From NCBI RefSeq assembly GCF_006345805.1, contig NC_043004.1, positions 4,712,001 to 4,776,000 of the forward strand: DNA of 64,000 nt, in the 5' to 3' direction. How positions within the stretch are numbered: position 1 is the first letter of the stretch; every line of letters begins with the position of its first letter. Made by a program: the position numbers and the translations under genes. Shown here piece after piece: positions 12,901-23,830 of this stretch. This stretch comes from Octopus sinensis. Lineage: Eukaryota. The notes below the pieces were generated by a model. The model was not told the origin of the DNA. It worked only from the letters and a program-made list of their open reading frames with translations, and did not search any database.

Positions 12901-13801
12901 TTGGTTGAATTGTTAGAGCAGCTGATTTGATACCTTCTGGTATTTGATTATGGCCCTGTACATTTTGAATTCAAACCTACTAGATTCTTCCATAACTTTC
13001 TGTCTTTTGGGATCAATAAAATAAAGACTAATGAATTGCTGGCAGCCTACTGCATAATTTCTTGTTTTGTACGTAAATTGCATAAAAGAACAAAGAGAGC
13101 ATCAAATTACTTTGCAGTATTTAGTTGCATGCCTTTCTATCTTGAGTTCAGATTTTATTGAGAGTAACTTTGCATTTTCCCAGCTCTAGCCCAATAAAAT
13201 AAACATCAGTCAACTCCTAGGGTCAGTATAATCAACATTACCCCTTTCCCAAGTGTCTTGCATCTATATTTGAAACAATTATTATTATCGTTATTAATAG
13301 AGTTGCAAGTTGACAGAAATGGGATAAATACTTTGCAGTGTTCAGTTTTATCTGTCTCTGATCTTTGTTCAAATTTCATTATGTTCAACTTCAACTTTCA
13401 TTTTTCTAGGTTCAGTATATACCAGATAAATTCAGTTCACTGAATCTAAGAAACCATTATTATAATTAGTTTTGTTCTTGTTTTAGCTTTAGTCAAAGTA
13501 GGTGATGAATGCCAGAGTTCTCAGTGAGGTTAGCCTTTGGTTTAGTTTGTTGATTCCTACTTGTAGCCATTTTATTTCTTGTTGCTGATGTTTCTCAGAA
13601 ATGCATATATCAGACAAGGAAAAAAAAATTTTCCTCACCCCATGAGGTACTCTGCTTAAGTATGAGACATTGTTTAAGCAGTTCTTGGCAATCCAGTTTT
13701 GTCTCATCTAAATGCCTTTCTATTCTTCCTTTTCTTATGTATCTTCCTGCCTCCTTTTTTTTAATTACTTTTTATTTGTTTCTTTTCTCTTTCTCTTTTA
13801 G

Positions 13802-13854
13802 CTTTAGCAAACATTGTTAGTATTCTGTCAGCTGACAGCCATGTATCAATCCTT
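13802..13854 (+). CDS. Candidate 53-nt internal exon of an unidentified gene, (A)LANIVSILSADSHVSIL
   Basis: About 60-nt pyrimidine tract with an upstream TTAAT, AG at 13800-13801, perfect GTAAGT at 13855. Only the phase-1 frame is stop-free. Confidence 0.4.
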
Positions 13855-14029
13855 GTAAGTGTGTGTTAAATACTGGGGAGGTAGTGATGTTGATAAATAG
13901 TTTGACTAGACAAATGTAAACTAAGTGATGTAATCACTTACGTTCTTGCATGGGCTGTTAATGCCTTTGAGATAGGTGTGAATGTCGAAACTTCTTATGT
14001 TCATTTCCATAGAACTTTGTGTTCACACT

Positions 14030-14470
14030 CTTTAATCATCATCATCATCACAGTGTTCACTTTTCCATGCTTTCATGGTTGGACAGAGTTAATTGAGGCA
14101 GATTTTCCACAGTCAGATGCTCTTCTTGTCATCAACCTACTTAGCTGTTTCCAAGTAAGGTAATATTTCCCTGTGGCCAGATATGTTTGTGCAAAATATT
14201 GGAAATTAATAAACATTCATTTACAATAATCAAGATGTCAAAACAAAGACACACACTCCATACACACACACACACTCCATACACACACACACACACACTC
14301 ATACGATAGGCTTCTTTCAGTTTCTGTCAACCAAATTTCACTCACCGGGCTTTGGTCAACTGAAGGTTATAGTAGAAGTCATTTGCCCAAGGTGCCATGC
14401 AGTATGACTGAACTCAAAACCATGTGGTTGGGAAGCGTGTTACCTAACCACACAGCCATGTCTGTGCCTG
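14030..14470 (-). mobile_element. SINE with family A head, (CA)n hinge and alternative tail-2 ending in (GAT)n
   Basis: Head as in family A. The 3' part matches 39650-39845 and 59850-60052, not tail-1. Confidence 0.7.
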
Positions 14471-14951
14471 CAATCAAGGCGTTCATTATGAATTTGACCT
14501 TATGAAATGGCATTTGTTCTTGGTAGGTTTATGTCATGCTTTCTTTAATCTCTTTCATAGAGGCCAGTGATAAGTGGGTTACATATAAAATGTCTAGGTT
14601 TCTGATAAAGAAGGGTGAAACTTTACTTTTGTTGTAGGTTTAGCTATCATGAAGGGCTGTCGTCATCAGTGTTTTACATCCACTTCTTTCTGCCAGCATA
14701 GGTTGATTGTTTTTTTTCTGTGGCAGTGTTTTATGGCTGGGTGCCCTTTCTGTCACTACCAGCACTTTTAGTCATCTCTTATGACTTGCAGGAATGCAGT
14801 GTATTTAAATTTAAGATTGAGATACACATGGTAACATTCACTAGCCATATGTAATGTTCTTACCTTATAGTTTTGTAGATATGTAAAAATTGCTTGTGTC
14901 TTATCCACTGAACTTTTCTCTAGGCTTGATATTCATCACATGAACTAACAT

Positions 14952-14993
<42 letters not shown>

Positions 14994-15753
14994 GCAAATG
15001 ATTATGTAGGGCAGGTTGATCACACCACTATGCAGTCTGTAAGCACTGTAAACAAATGCAGGTTAATGATGTGGTATGTGTAAAAATAAATACAACAACT
15101 TATGGATTGGTTTTGCCATAAAACAAGTGTGACTCTGATGATATGCTTGTTATATCAGTCATATCTATGTAAACTTTCAATAGATTCATTGGCAGAAGTG
15201 TGGGAAAAATTAACAATGTTTTTGATAGAAAAACATGACAGAATAAAAAAAAAGAAACCTAGCTAAGCTGTAAGTACTAAAGAGTCAAGTTATTAGGCTG
15301 GTTTTAAGTTGCGTTATTGAATATAGCAAAGAACATAGAAATTGTAGTGCTGAGAAAGAGGTTAGTGTTGGAAAAATAAGTGAAGGACTGGTCCGAACAA
15401 AAGAAAGAAACAGTCAAGAAGCCAAATGAGCTAAACTGTTTCTCCATGAATGGATTTGATGTCACTTGTATGGCCATTAGAATTGATATCATCATCATTG
15501 TTTTAATGCCTATTTTTCCACTTGGGAGGGGTTGGATGGAGTTTATTGGGGTAGATTATTTTTATATGGCCAGATGCCTTTCCTGTCACTGACCCTCACT
15601 TATTTTCCAGTAAGGTGATATTTCCCCATAGCCAGAAATGATTTTGCAGAATATTGAAAATGAATGACACTGCTTTACAACTATTTTGTGGTGTCAAATC
15701 AAGGAGACAAAAAAAAAATGCATACACTCACATAAATACACGTACATACTAAT

Positions 15754-16019
15754 ATATCAAAAAAGGTAAAAAGAGAAAAATAGAAAGCTTCTGACAATGT
15801 GATAAGTTTAATAAAACCTTTATATTTTAAGCGCAAAGGCCCATCTTCACATAACACCAGTGAATTTGAATGTGTTAATAGAACCTACATTACTGGACTT
15901 CTCTCAGACTGTTCTTTTCTTCTGAAGTTGGGCCTTTGCGCCTGAAATATAAAGGTTTTATTAAACTTTCTGCATTGTCAGTAGCTTTCTGTTTTCTCTC
16001 TTTTTATCTTCTTTGATAT
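15754..16019. mobile_element. Fold-back element, about 96-bp arms, with decayed hammerhead motifs at the inner ends
   Basis: 15754-15849 is the reverse complement of 15923-16019. The + strand reads TCTT-CTGAAGT-T-GGGC-CTTTGC-GCCT-GAAA-TAT-A-AAGG at 15918-15955. Confidence 0.7.
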
Positions 16020-16128
16020 TACAATGCTTCAAGCAAACTACAACACTCATATATTAATATATACTTTTATGTATTTGTTTTGCAAGATTCTTTATGTGAA
16101 ATTGTGTGTTGTTGAAACAGATATTCTT

Positions 16129-16359
16129 ATATTTGGTAATGGTTACTTTTTTTTTTTTGCCAATAAACGCATGCACTGTTTATTTGATCTTCACTTTAGC
16201 TTTAATCGTTATTATTAGTTTATTTGTTAGAGTTCTTTTTGTTATATATTCTGTGACTTCTTCAATGACAAATAAACTAATACTAAGGCTAAAGTGAAGA
16301 TCAAATAAATAGTGCATGTGTTTATTGACAAAAGGTAAAAAAAGACCATCCCCAAATAT
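16129..16359. mobile_element. Fold-back element, about 95-bp arms, 40-bp spacer
   Basis: 16129-16227 is the reverse complement of 16268-16359 with a few indels. Confidence 0.7.
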
Positions 16360-16711
16360 AAAAGTACTACTATATGTATGTGTGTGTTTGTGCATGCACT
16401 TATTCACACGCACACATACAAGCTTTTCAGTTTGTCAGTCTGATCCGTTTACATATAAATCACATGTCCAAGTACATAAATCCATTCACGAGGCTGTGGC
16501 CAACCTGGAGCTATAATAGAAGACATTTACCTAAAGTGCCATGCAGTGGTGTTGTATCCAGAACCATGGGGTTGGGAAGCAATCTTCTTAACCAAACAAC
16601 TACATCTGTGTTTTCATGGCTATTTAAAGTTCATTAAAATAATTTTGTAAACATTGATTTCATTCTGACTCTGTCTTGTAAATTTGTATGTGCATCTAAA
16701 AATTTGTATAT

Positions 16712-16906
16712 GCATGTAAAAAGCACCCATACCAGTGCTGCGTAAAAGCACCCAGCATACTCTGTAAAGTGGTTGGCATTAGGAAGGGCATCCAGCCATA
16801 GAAGCCATGCCAAATCAGACTGGAGCCTGAACAGCCCTTCAGCCTGTCAGCCCGTCCAAACCATGCCAGCATGAAAAATGGATGCTAAATAATGAGGATG
16901 ATGATG
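16712..16906 (+). mobile_element. SINE family D
   Basis: GTAAAAGCACCC..GGTTGGCATTAGGAAGGGCATCCAGCC..CCATGCCAGCATG..GATGATGATG. Confidence 0.75.
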
Positions 16907-16984
16907 CCTTCCAATTGTGGAAAACAAATATGGGCAGTTCTCTATCGGCTGGTTGTAGGCCTTTTGTCCCTCAGAAGAGAAAGG

Positions 16985-17335
16985 TTAGCCTTTATTTTTC
17001 CTTCTTTCAGTCATTGAACTGCAACCATGTTGGGGACTTACTTTTTAAGTCTGGTACTTATTCTGCTGTCTCTTTTGCTGAACTGCTAAGTTACAGGGAC
17101 ATAAATCAACTCAGTTTGTCAAGCAGTAGGATGGCAGGGACAAACCCTCTCTCTTTCTCTCACACATGCACCTCACAGTTTTCATTTACTAAATTCTCTC
17201 ATAAGATATTGGTCGACAACCCCTGCCCTCGTCTTAGGCTATAGTAGAAGACACTTGCCCGCGGTGCTGTGCATTGGGACTGAACCTGAAGCCATGTGTT
17301 TACAAAGTGAGCTTCTTGACCACACTACCATGTGT
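16985..17335 (-). mobile_element. SINE family A, decayed
   Basis: Tail-1 and head blocks recognisable on the minus strand. Confidence 0.65.
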
Positions 17336-18656
17336 GTATGCCTGGGATGCTATTTTGCTAAACAATCAGCAGGAGATATCAACAATGGTTTATCTGTTCT
17401 CTTGGTATTTATACTGGTTATCAAGCATAATTTCACAGTAGGCATTTTGTCCTGTGATTGTCAATTTAGTGCTGTTGTTCAAATACACAAGATTGTTGAG
17501 GGAGATTTGGTTACCACGCGAGCAGTTTGAGCAACCTTATTCAAAGAATCGCTATATTTGCAAGAAGGCGTAAATTTTTTTCTTTCAAACTGTTTAAAAA
17601 AATTTTCCAAAGTGGCAGAAATTGCTTTTGCATTATTCCATAGAAAACATGTGAAAAAGTATGTGGGTGTGCATAGAATGTCCTTAAATATTTTGTGAAG
17701 ATGCGTTGTGCTGATATTGCGATTTGATGTTTTGAACTGTGATTCTGGTATTTGATCTATAGCAGGATTGTTATCTGTAGGATCAGCCACAAAGATGTCC
17801 TGATACCTGAAATAGTTACCTAACCCTAACTTTTTATTCTGCTTTTCTGAAGGCAGTCAAGAAAAATGATCCCACACAAAACAAACTTACATACACAAAC
17901 ACAAATGTGCAGGCTATTTCATCTTTTGAAATATTTGTCATTTTGATGAGTTTTTGACAGATGCTGCTGGTTTTATCAGCAGACAAATCATGTGCTATCA
18001 GATGTTGAGACATCACTTCTTTTCCAGCAGTTCACTCCAGCTTTGATAACATCCAGGTTTTAACTTGGTTCATTTTAAATTAGACTATATAAACTGGTAG
18101 CAGCGCTGTGTTAGTGATGACTATCTATTAAAAAGTAGTTCATTTAGTGACAGTTTGGTAATGATGTTTGAGCAGATAAATAAATGCACAAAACACTGAT
18201 AAAAACAAATAGAATCAGTATTGAGTAGGTTGAGGATGATAAGAAACCTTTGGTTGTTTATTACTTGTATTAGATTTTCATGAAATTCATGACTGATGGA
18301 GAAACAGAAGAGAGAAAGAATGATGGGACTTACTTAAATAGTCGTTCATGTCTAGTCAAACTCCTATTTTGATGTACTTTAATGAATGCTATATCTCGCT
18401 TCCAGACCATTAGTCTCCTTGAATCCCTTCTTGTTAATTAGTTGTTATGATAGAATAAATAAGTTGCTTTTGAAGAATTTTGTCATTTTCAATCGTTTTT
18501 CAGTAATTTGGTTTTCTCTTTAAAATTTCTTCTTTCCTTTCAAGATTGATAAATAAACATGATAGTTAGAAACTAACAATATTTTTTTTTTTTATTTTAG
18601 TTTAATTTATGGCAATATATAATATTTCTGTTTTTAATTTGTGGTAATATATTTGG

Positions 18657-18860
18657 GTGGCAAGCTAGCAGAATTGTTAGCGTGTTAGTAAAAAATGCTG
18701 AACAGCATTTCTTCTGGTTCTTTACATTCCAAGTTCAAATCCCACCAGTGTTGACTGCCTTTCATCCTTTTAGGGACATAAAATGAAGTATAATCAAGCA
18801 CTGGGGTTGATGCAATTGACTGACCTCCTTCCCCAAATTTTAGGTCTTCTACCTATTTAA
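18657..18860 (+). mobile_element. SINE family C
   Basis: AAGCTAGCAGAATTGTTAGC..AAGTTCAAATCC..GCCTTTCATCCTTTTAGGG core. Confidence 0.7.
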
Positions 18861-19250
18861 GAAACAGTTTATAGTAATATAAGATGTTTCTGGTTTGTAT
18901 TACAGTCATATGGGATTAGAATCTCTGTTCACAGAGTGTAAAAACTAAAATCTTCATCTACTTACAACAATACAGGATCAGTCAAACTATATTGTTTTCT
19001 ATATAAATTAAAAATTTCTTCAGATTCCTCTCTTCCAAGTTTTTCTTAGGAACAGAATATGGTTAAGAAGCTTGCTTCCCAATTTTGGGGTCTTGGGTCA
19101 GGTCACACTATGTGGCATTTTGAGCAAGTGTCTTCTACAATAGCTCCTGACCAAACAAAATCTTGTGAGTGAGTATGGTAGATGGAAACTGAAAGAAGCC
19201 TGTCATGTGCATGTGTGTGTATATGAATGCATGTGCATGTGTGTGTAAAA

Positions 19251-19538
19251 GACTGGCACTTCATTGGTTATGCCTGCTTGTGAAATTAACATGCTAGTGG
19301 CTGGGTACTCCACAGACAGTGTACCCTTAACATAGTTCACGGGGAAATTCCGCATGACACAAAATGTAACAAGGGTGGTCCTTTGAATTACAGGTACAAC
19401 TCATTTTTGCCAGCTGAGTGGACTAGAGAAACATGAAATAAGGTATCTTGCTGAGGAGCACAATGTGCTGTTGGGTATTGAACTCATGATCTTACAATTG
19501 TGAGCTGAATACCCTAAGCACTATGCCACGTACCTTCA
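19251..19538 (-). mobile_element. SINE family B
   Basis: Collinear with 49219-49520 and 57209-57508 (CTCATTTTTGCCAGCTGAGTGGACT..TGAAATAAAG). Confidence 0.8.
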
Positions 19539-19749
19539 CCATATTTATATGCATTTGTGAGTATGCGTTTATACATGTAACTCTAGGAAAGATGCAAGGT
19601 ATGAGTGGTGGTGACTAAAGCTGCATGGCTGAAACAAATTGTTTGCTTGCTTCATGCCTTCAATGATGTTTTGAGGGATTCCTTAAAAGAAAAACCTCCA
19701 GTTGTAAAAGACTGTTTCTATAATATATGTATGTATATATATATATATT

Positions 19750-19956
19750 CAAAATGTGACCGCGTGTGTACCGTTGGCGATTTTTTTCTTCCTCTGTCTT
19801 CCCTTCTCTGGATCTTTCCTTCTATGTTTCTGACGAAGAGCTCCGCTCGAAATGTTAAACCCTCCTTCTTCCCTTCCTTCCTGAGCGTCCAATAATACTA
19901 TATTTGTTCCACGTCCTTGCATTGTGTTTTCTCTTTGTGTTTTCATGTTTGGATTA

Positions 19957-19960
<4 letters not shown>
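19750..19960 (+). mobile_element. Short CpG-retaining element inside a (TA)n tract, carrying a hammerhead motif (Penelope-like terminal-repeat derivative)
   Basis: (TA)n on both sides, pyrimidine-rich body, hammerhead core at 19826-19860. Confidence 0.6.
19826..19860 (+). ncRNA. Minimal type I hammerhead ribozyme motif
   Basis: GTTT-CTGACGA-A-GAGC-TCC-GCTC-GAAA-TG-T-T-AAAC: helix I GUUU/AAAC, perfect 4-bp helix II, helix III AUGU. Confidence 0.6.
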
Positions 19961-19987
<27 letters not shown>

Positions 19988-20064
19988 CATCTAGCCTGCT
20001 ATAGCATGGAAAAATATGTAAAATGAATGAATGTCTGAGCATATTTATCATTACAATCATAAAT

Positions 20065-20435
20065 ATATTTTATCTTTTACTTGTTTCAGTCATTGGACTG
20101 CAGCTATGCTGAGGCTCCACCTTGATGGGTTGGGTCAAATAAATCAACACCATTATTTATATTTTTTTAAAGCCCGGTACTTATTCTGTCAGTCCCTTTT
20201 TGCTGAACTACTATGTTACAGGGATGTAAACAAACCAACAACAGTTGTCAAGCAGGAGTGAGAGACACACACATACATGGATGGCTTTTAGTTTCCATCT
20301 ACTAAATTCACTTACAAGGATTTGACTGGCTTGAGGCAATAGTAGAAAACACTAAGCCTAAGGTGGGTGCCATGCAGTTGGAACTGAACCCAGAATCATG
20401 TGGTTGGGAAACAAGCTTGTTAGCTCATAGCCATT
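20065..20435 (-). mobile_element. SINE family A
   Basis: TTTTACTTGTTTCAGTCATTGGACTGCAGCTATGCTG..GAACTGAACCCAGAATCATGTGGTTGG. Confidence 0.75.
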
Positions 20436-20925
20436 ACACAGATTTATAAAGGATTATTAAGAGCAAATCTTTTAATAAATATCAGCTTGCTGAAAGTAAA
20501 CAGAACCAGAGAAATAATCAGAGGTAGCTCAATTCTGATATCCACTAGTTTTTAATGCTTTGAGTATTATTAACCAACATATGGGGCCTGAGGGTGTGTT
20601 AACAAAGAGATACTTTCGCAGCTGATGAGAGTAGAAATGGCTTTAGTGACAAACAAGCGATACCATGTGTTCAAGTGTAGAAGTCTATTGGCAGAAGTTC
20701 ATTTAATTGCTTTCTGCTTCATTGATTCTCTTTTTCTTCAAACCCCCAAAACAAGATACTGAAAAAATAATAATGAATGATCATTTTTTTCAATAGATTT
20801 TATTGTCTGTCTGTCTGCCTCTCCCTCTCTCTCTTCCTCTCTCTCTCTAAACACATACATGCCCATACATACATGTATATACACTGGCATCCACAGTTTC
20901 TTGTATTTGACAAAAAAGGATAATG

Positions 20926-21108
20926 AGAGTGGCTGTGTGGTAAGTAGCTTTCTTACGAATCACATGGTTCCGGGTTCAGTCCCACTATGTGGCACCTTGG
21001 GCAAGTGTCTTCTTCTACAGCCTTGGGCCGAACAAAGCCTTGTGAGTGGATTTGGTAGATGGAAACTGAAAGAAGCCTGTCGTATATGTGTGTGTGTGTG
21101 TTTATATG

Positions 21109-21141
<33 letters not shown>

Positions 21142-21356
21142 ATACATTTGTGTGTCTGTGTCTCCCCAACATCGCTTGACAACCGATGCTGGTGCGTTTG
21201 CGTCCCCGTAACTTAGCAATTTGGTAAAAGAGACCAATAGAATAAGTACTAGGCTTACAAAGAACAAGTCCTGGGGTCGATTTGCTCGACTGAAGTTGGT
21301 GCTCCAGCATGGCTACAGTCAAGTCAAATGACTGAAACAAGTAAAAGAGTAAAGAG
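20926..21356 (+). mobile_element. SINE family A, young full-length copy
   Basis: A box TGGCTGTGTGG, B box GGTTCAGTCCC, (TG)/(TA) hinge, tail-1 with CpGs retained. Confidence 0.9.
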
Positions 21357-21425
21357 AATTATTGAATGAACTAAATTGTAATATCCCAAAATTATATGAG
21401 TGTGTACTTTTTCTTTGTAAGCATA

Positions 21426-21426
<1 letters not shown>

Positions 21427-21474
<48 letters not shown>
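21427..21474. repeat. (AC)24 microsatellite
   Basis: Perfect run. Confidence 0.95.
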
Positions 21475-21479
<5 letters not shown>

Positions 21480-23299
21480 GATAATGGATTCTAGTTTGGT
21501 TACAATGTTGAGTGTTCAGCTGGCTGGTTAAAGCACCATACAAGTGTTGTTTATATCCTATTGTTAGATATACATACCACTTAACATTCTGCTTATTCTC
21601 TCAAATATAATATTTATTTATCATGCATTATCTTGTAGCTTAATAATTTCGATGAGATGTTAGTTAATCTTTAGAATGACATTGTTAGATAGGTGTGAGA
21701 GGCCAGATCTGGCCAGTTTAAATGCATAAAGTCTAAGCTGCCAATAAGTCAGGTTGTGTGTCACTTATGGTAATTTCTGTCTACATAGCTTTTGGTTTTT
21801 TTTTGTCTTGTTATTTGATGGGAAAACAGATTTGTTCTTCAATGATGGTCTAAGTTTTGTGTGCAGTTCACACGACCCTTGCAGGTCTTTGCGTTAATCT
21901 CATGCAGCATGAGAATGATGCTGTTGATGCCCAACCTTTTTAGCAGGAAAAACACATGGATAGAGAAAAAACAGCAGTTCTACTCTGAATGCTTCCAACA
22001 GAGTGAATTCTGCTAAAGTAACCAATGGACTGGGTGGTTGTGTTGAAATGGAAGTACATTATATGTATTTCCATTAAAATGGAAGTACATTATATGGTAG
22101 AACTTCATTGTCTGAAATGTTTCCTTTCATATGCTTTCTCCCATTTCCTCCCCATGTGTACATACACACATGCACATAAACTTACATATACAGTTAATTG
22201 TTCTTGCTGAAATATATTTAGTCTTGTAGTCTCTTACTATATTTTCCTTCGTATTTGATTAATCTAATCATGTGATTGTTATTTACCCTGTAAATTTTTA
22301 GGAACTCTCATTGCTCTGCAATGGTTTAATAATCAGGCACTCACTCCTTTCACCTTTGTTGCATTCTTTCTGTTCTTAAGCCTATAACTTTCTTCCCTCT
22401 CCACTGACCATCTTGTGAATATAGATTGGTATTGATTTGGACCAAGGCTTCCACTTATTTTCTTAATAATCATAAACAGATAGATAGATAGATAGCATCA
22501 ATCTTTCTGCTTGCTTTCTTCCTAGGCTACAAGTTCTAGAGATGAGATATTATTTGTCTAGTTAAAGCTAGCTTAGAGTTTTGCAGTCTTCTATTTAACT
22601 TTTACTAACCATGATCACTTTCCATTCGGCAGATTTAAAGCATGCCTTTGCTTGCAAGAAACTTTATTTTAAAGCTGCTTTAAAATTGTAATGTGACTCA
22701 TATCTGTGACTCACATTCAATGACATCAATCTAATTGGATGTCATTTTAACTATTTTATATCCATTTTATTGTTCAAATCTATTTTATTCCATATTTGTG
22801 CATATTGTGTGTTTCTCTGCAAGAAAGAGAATGGGGAGGGAGCAAGGTAGAGTGTTTTCCTTGAATAATAAAAAATGATTATAAAACTTTTGTGTAATTC
22901 CTCTATAACCTTTTATTATTGTTTTTTTTCTTCAAATCCACAATTTCCTAACTACAAATGAATAAATCAATTAATAGTCTAATTGAATTAGTTATTCATC
23001 AAAATTCCCAGATTTCTGCATATGTTTATCTTTTACAACTTGTCTGGCTGATTTCTATATAAATGAGCAAGTTTCAAATAACATACCATATTTTTATTTT
23101 ATCTTCTTCAGTTATTGAACTTTTTAAATACAAATATTTTCAGTTAATTCTTACATATTTTTGTTTTAGTTTCAAAAATTATTACGGATTTGATTCCTTA
23201 GAAACGGCAATGATTCTCCTCGATTTTTTTTCTTTAAGATTTTTAGTCTGATTTTAGTATTCTTTTTGTGTTGTAGAATTGATATATTTGAAATATTTT

Positions 23300-23830
23300 G
23301 GAAAGGTTGTATTTCGAGGAAAGAAGTGTGAATATTGTGATACAAGTTGTGTGGTGGATGCATTTAAAAGGTTTGAGGACAGGGATTTCTCTCTCTGGGC
23401 AAACACTTATCAACTTCAAGTACCACTCCAAGAGGAAGTTCAAAATAGAGAGAGGTGCTGCTTTCCAGTGTGTTTTACATGTTTTACAGAAGATGGGTGA
23501 AAGCAACAAGAATGATGGGGCTGAAGGAGCCCAATTTAATTATGTAATTTCAAACAGGAAGAAAGAAACTGAGAGAGGGTACTTTTGATGCTCTTTACGC
23601 AACAGACTAATGCAGACTTTGTATAGAGTTCACTCTTCCAATCACCCTAGGTGGCCATCACTTCTGTTGGGGACCTTTTTTTTTTAACATTTCCTTGTTA
23701 CAGTTTTTGTTGTTTTCTTGTTTTTTACTTGATGTAAATCCCACTGTGTTGTATTGAAGGTTTGTAAATTCTATTTTGGATTTTGTCCTTGTACTGTATC
23801 CAACATCTTGTAACTGAAAACAAGTAATAA
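23300..23830 (+). mobile_element. Probable Tx1/L1-like LINE 3' remnant (ORF2 C-terminus plus T-rich 3' UTR)
   Basis: VVWWMHLKGLRTGISLSGQTLINFKYHSKRKFKIER resembles, from memory, Tx1-type ORF2 C-termini. A diverged second copy lies at about 24150-24425, sharing AGGAAAGAAACTGAGAGAGGG. Confidence 0.4.

Noticed and set aside
17817-17830. Telomere-like TTAGGG on the minus strand
   Set aside because: Fewer than two full units.
20622-20637. CTGATGA..GAAA
   Set aside because: Only 5 nt lie between the boxes and no helix can form; chance match.
21898-21914. Palindrome TCTCATGC-A-GCATGAGA
   Set aside because: 8-bp arms are expected a few times by chance in 64 kb of AT-rich DNA.
22046-22096. 20-bp direct repeat (also an 18-bp direct repeat at 26818-26858)
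   Set aside because: Ordinary short slippage duplications with no element between them.
22505-22570. Strong-looking acceptor CTTTCTTCCTAG
   Set aside because: Stops occur in all three frames and there is no donor nearby.
23279-23500. Cys-rich 73-aa ORF after a good acceptor (CEYC..CFTC)
   Set aside because: It overlaps the duplicated LINE-like 3' segment in another frame and has a weak donor; the retroelement explanation is more economical.
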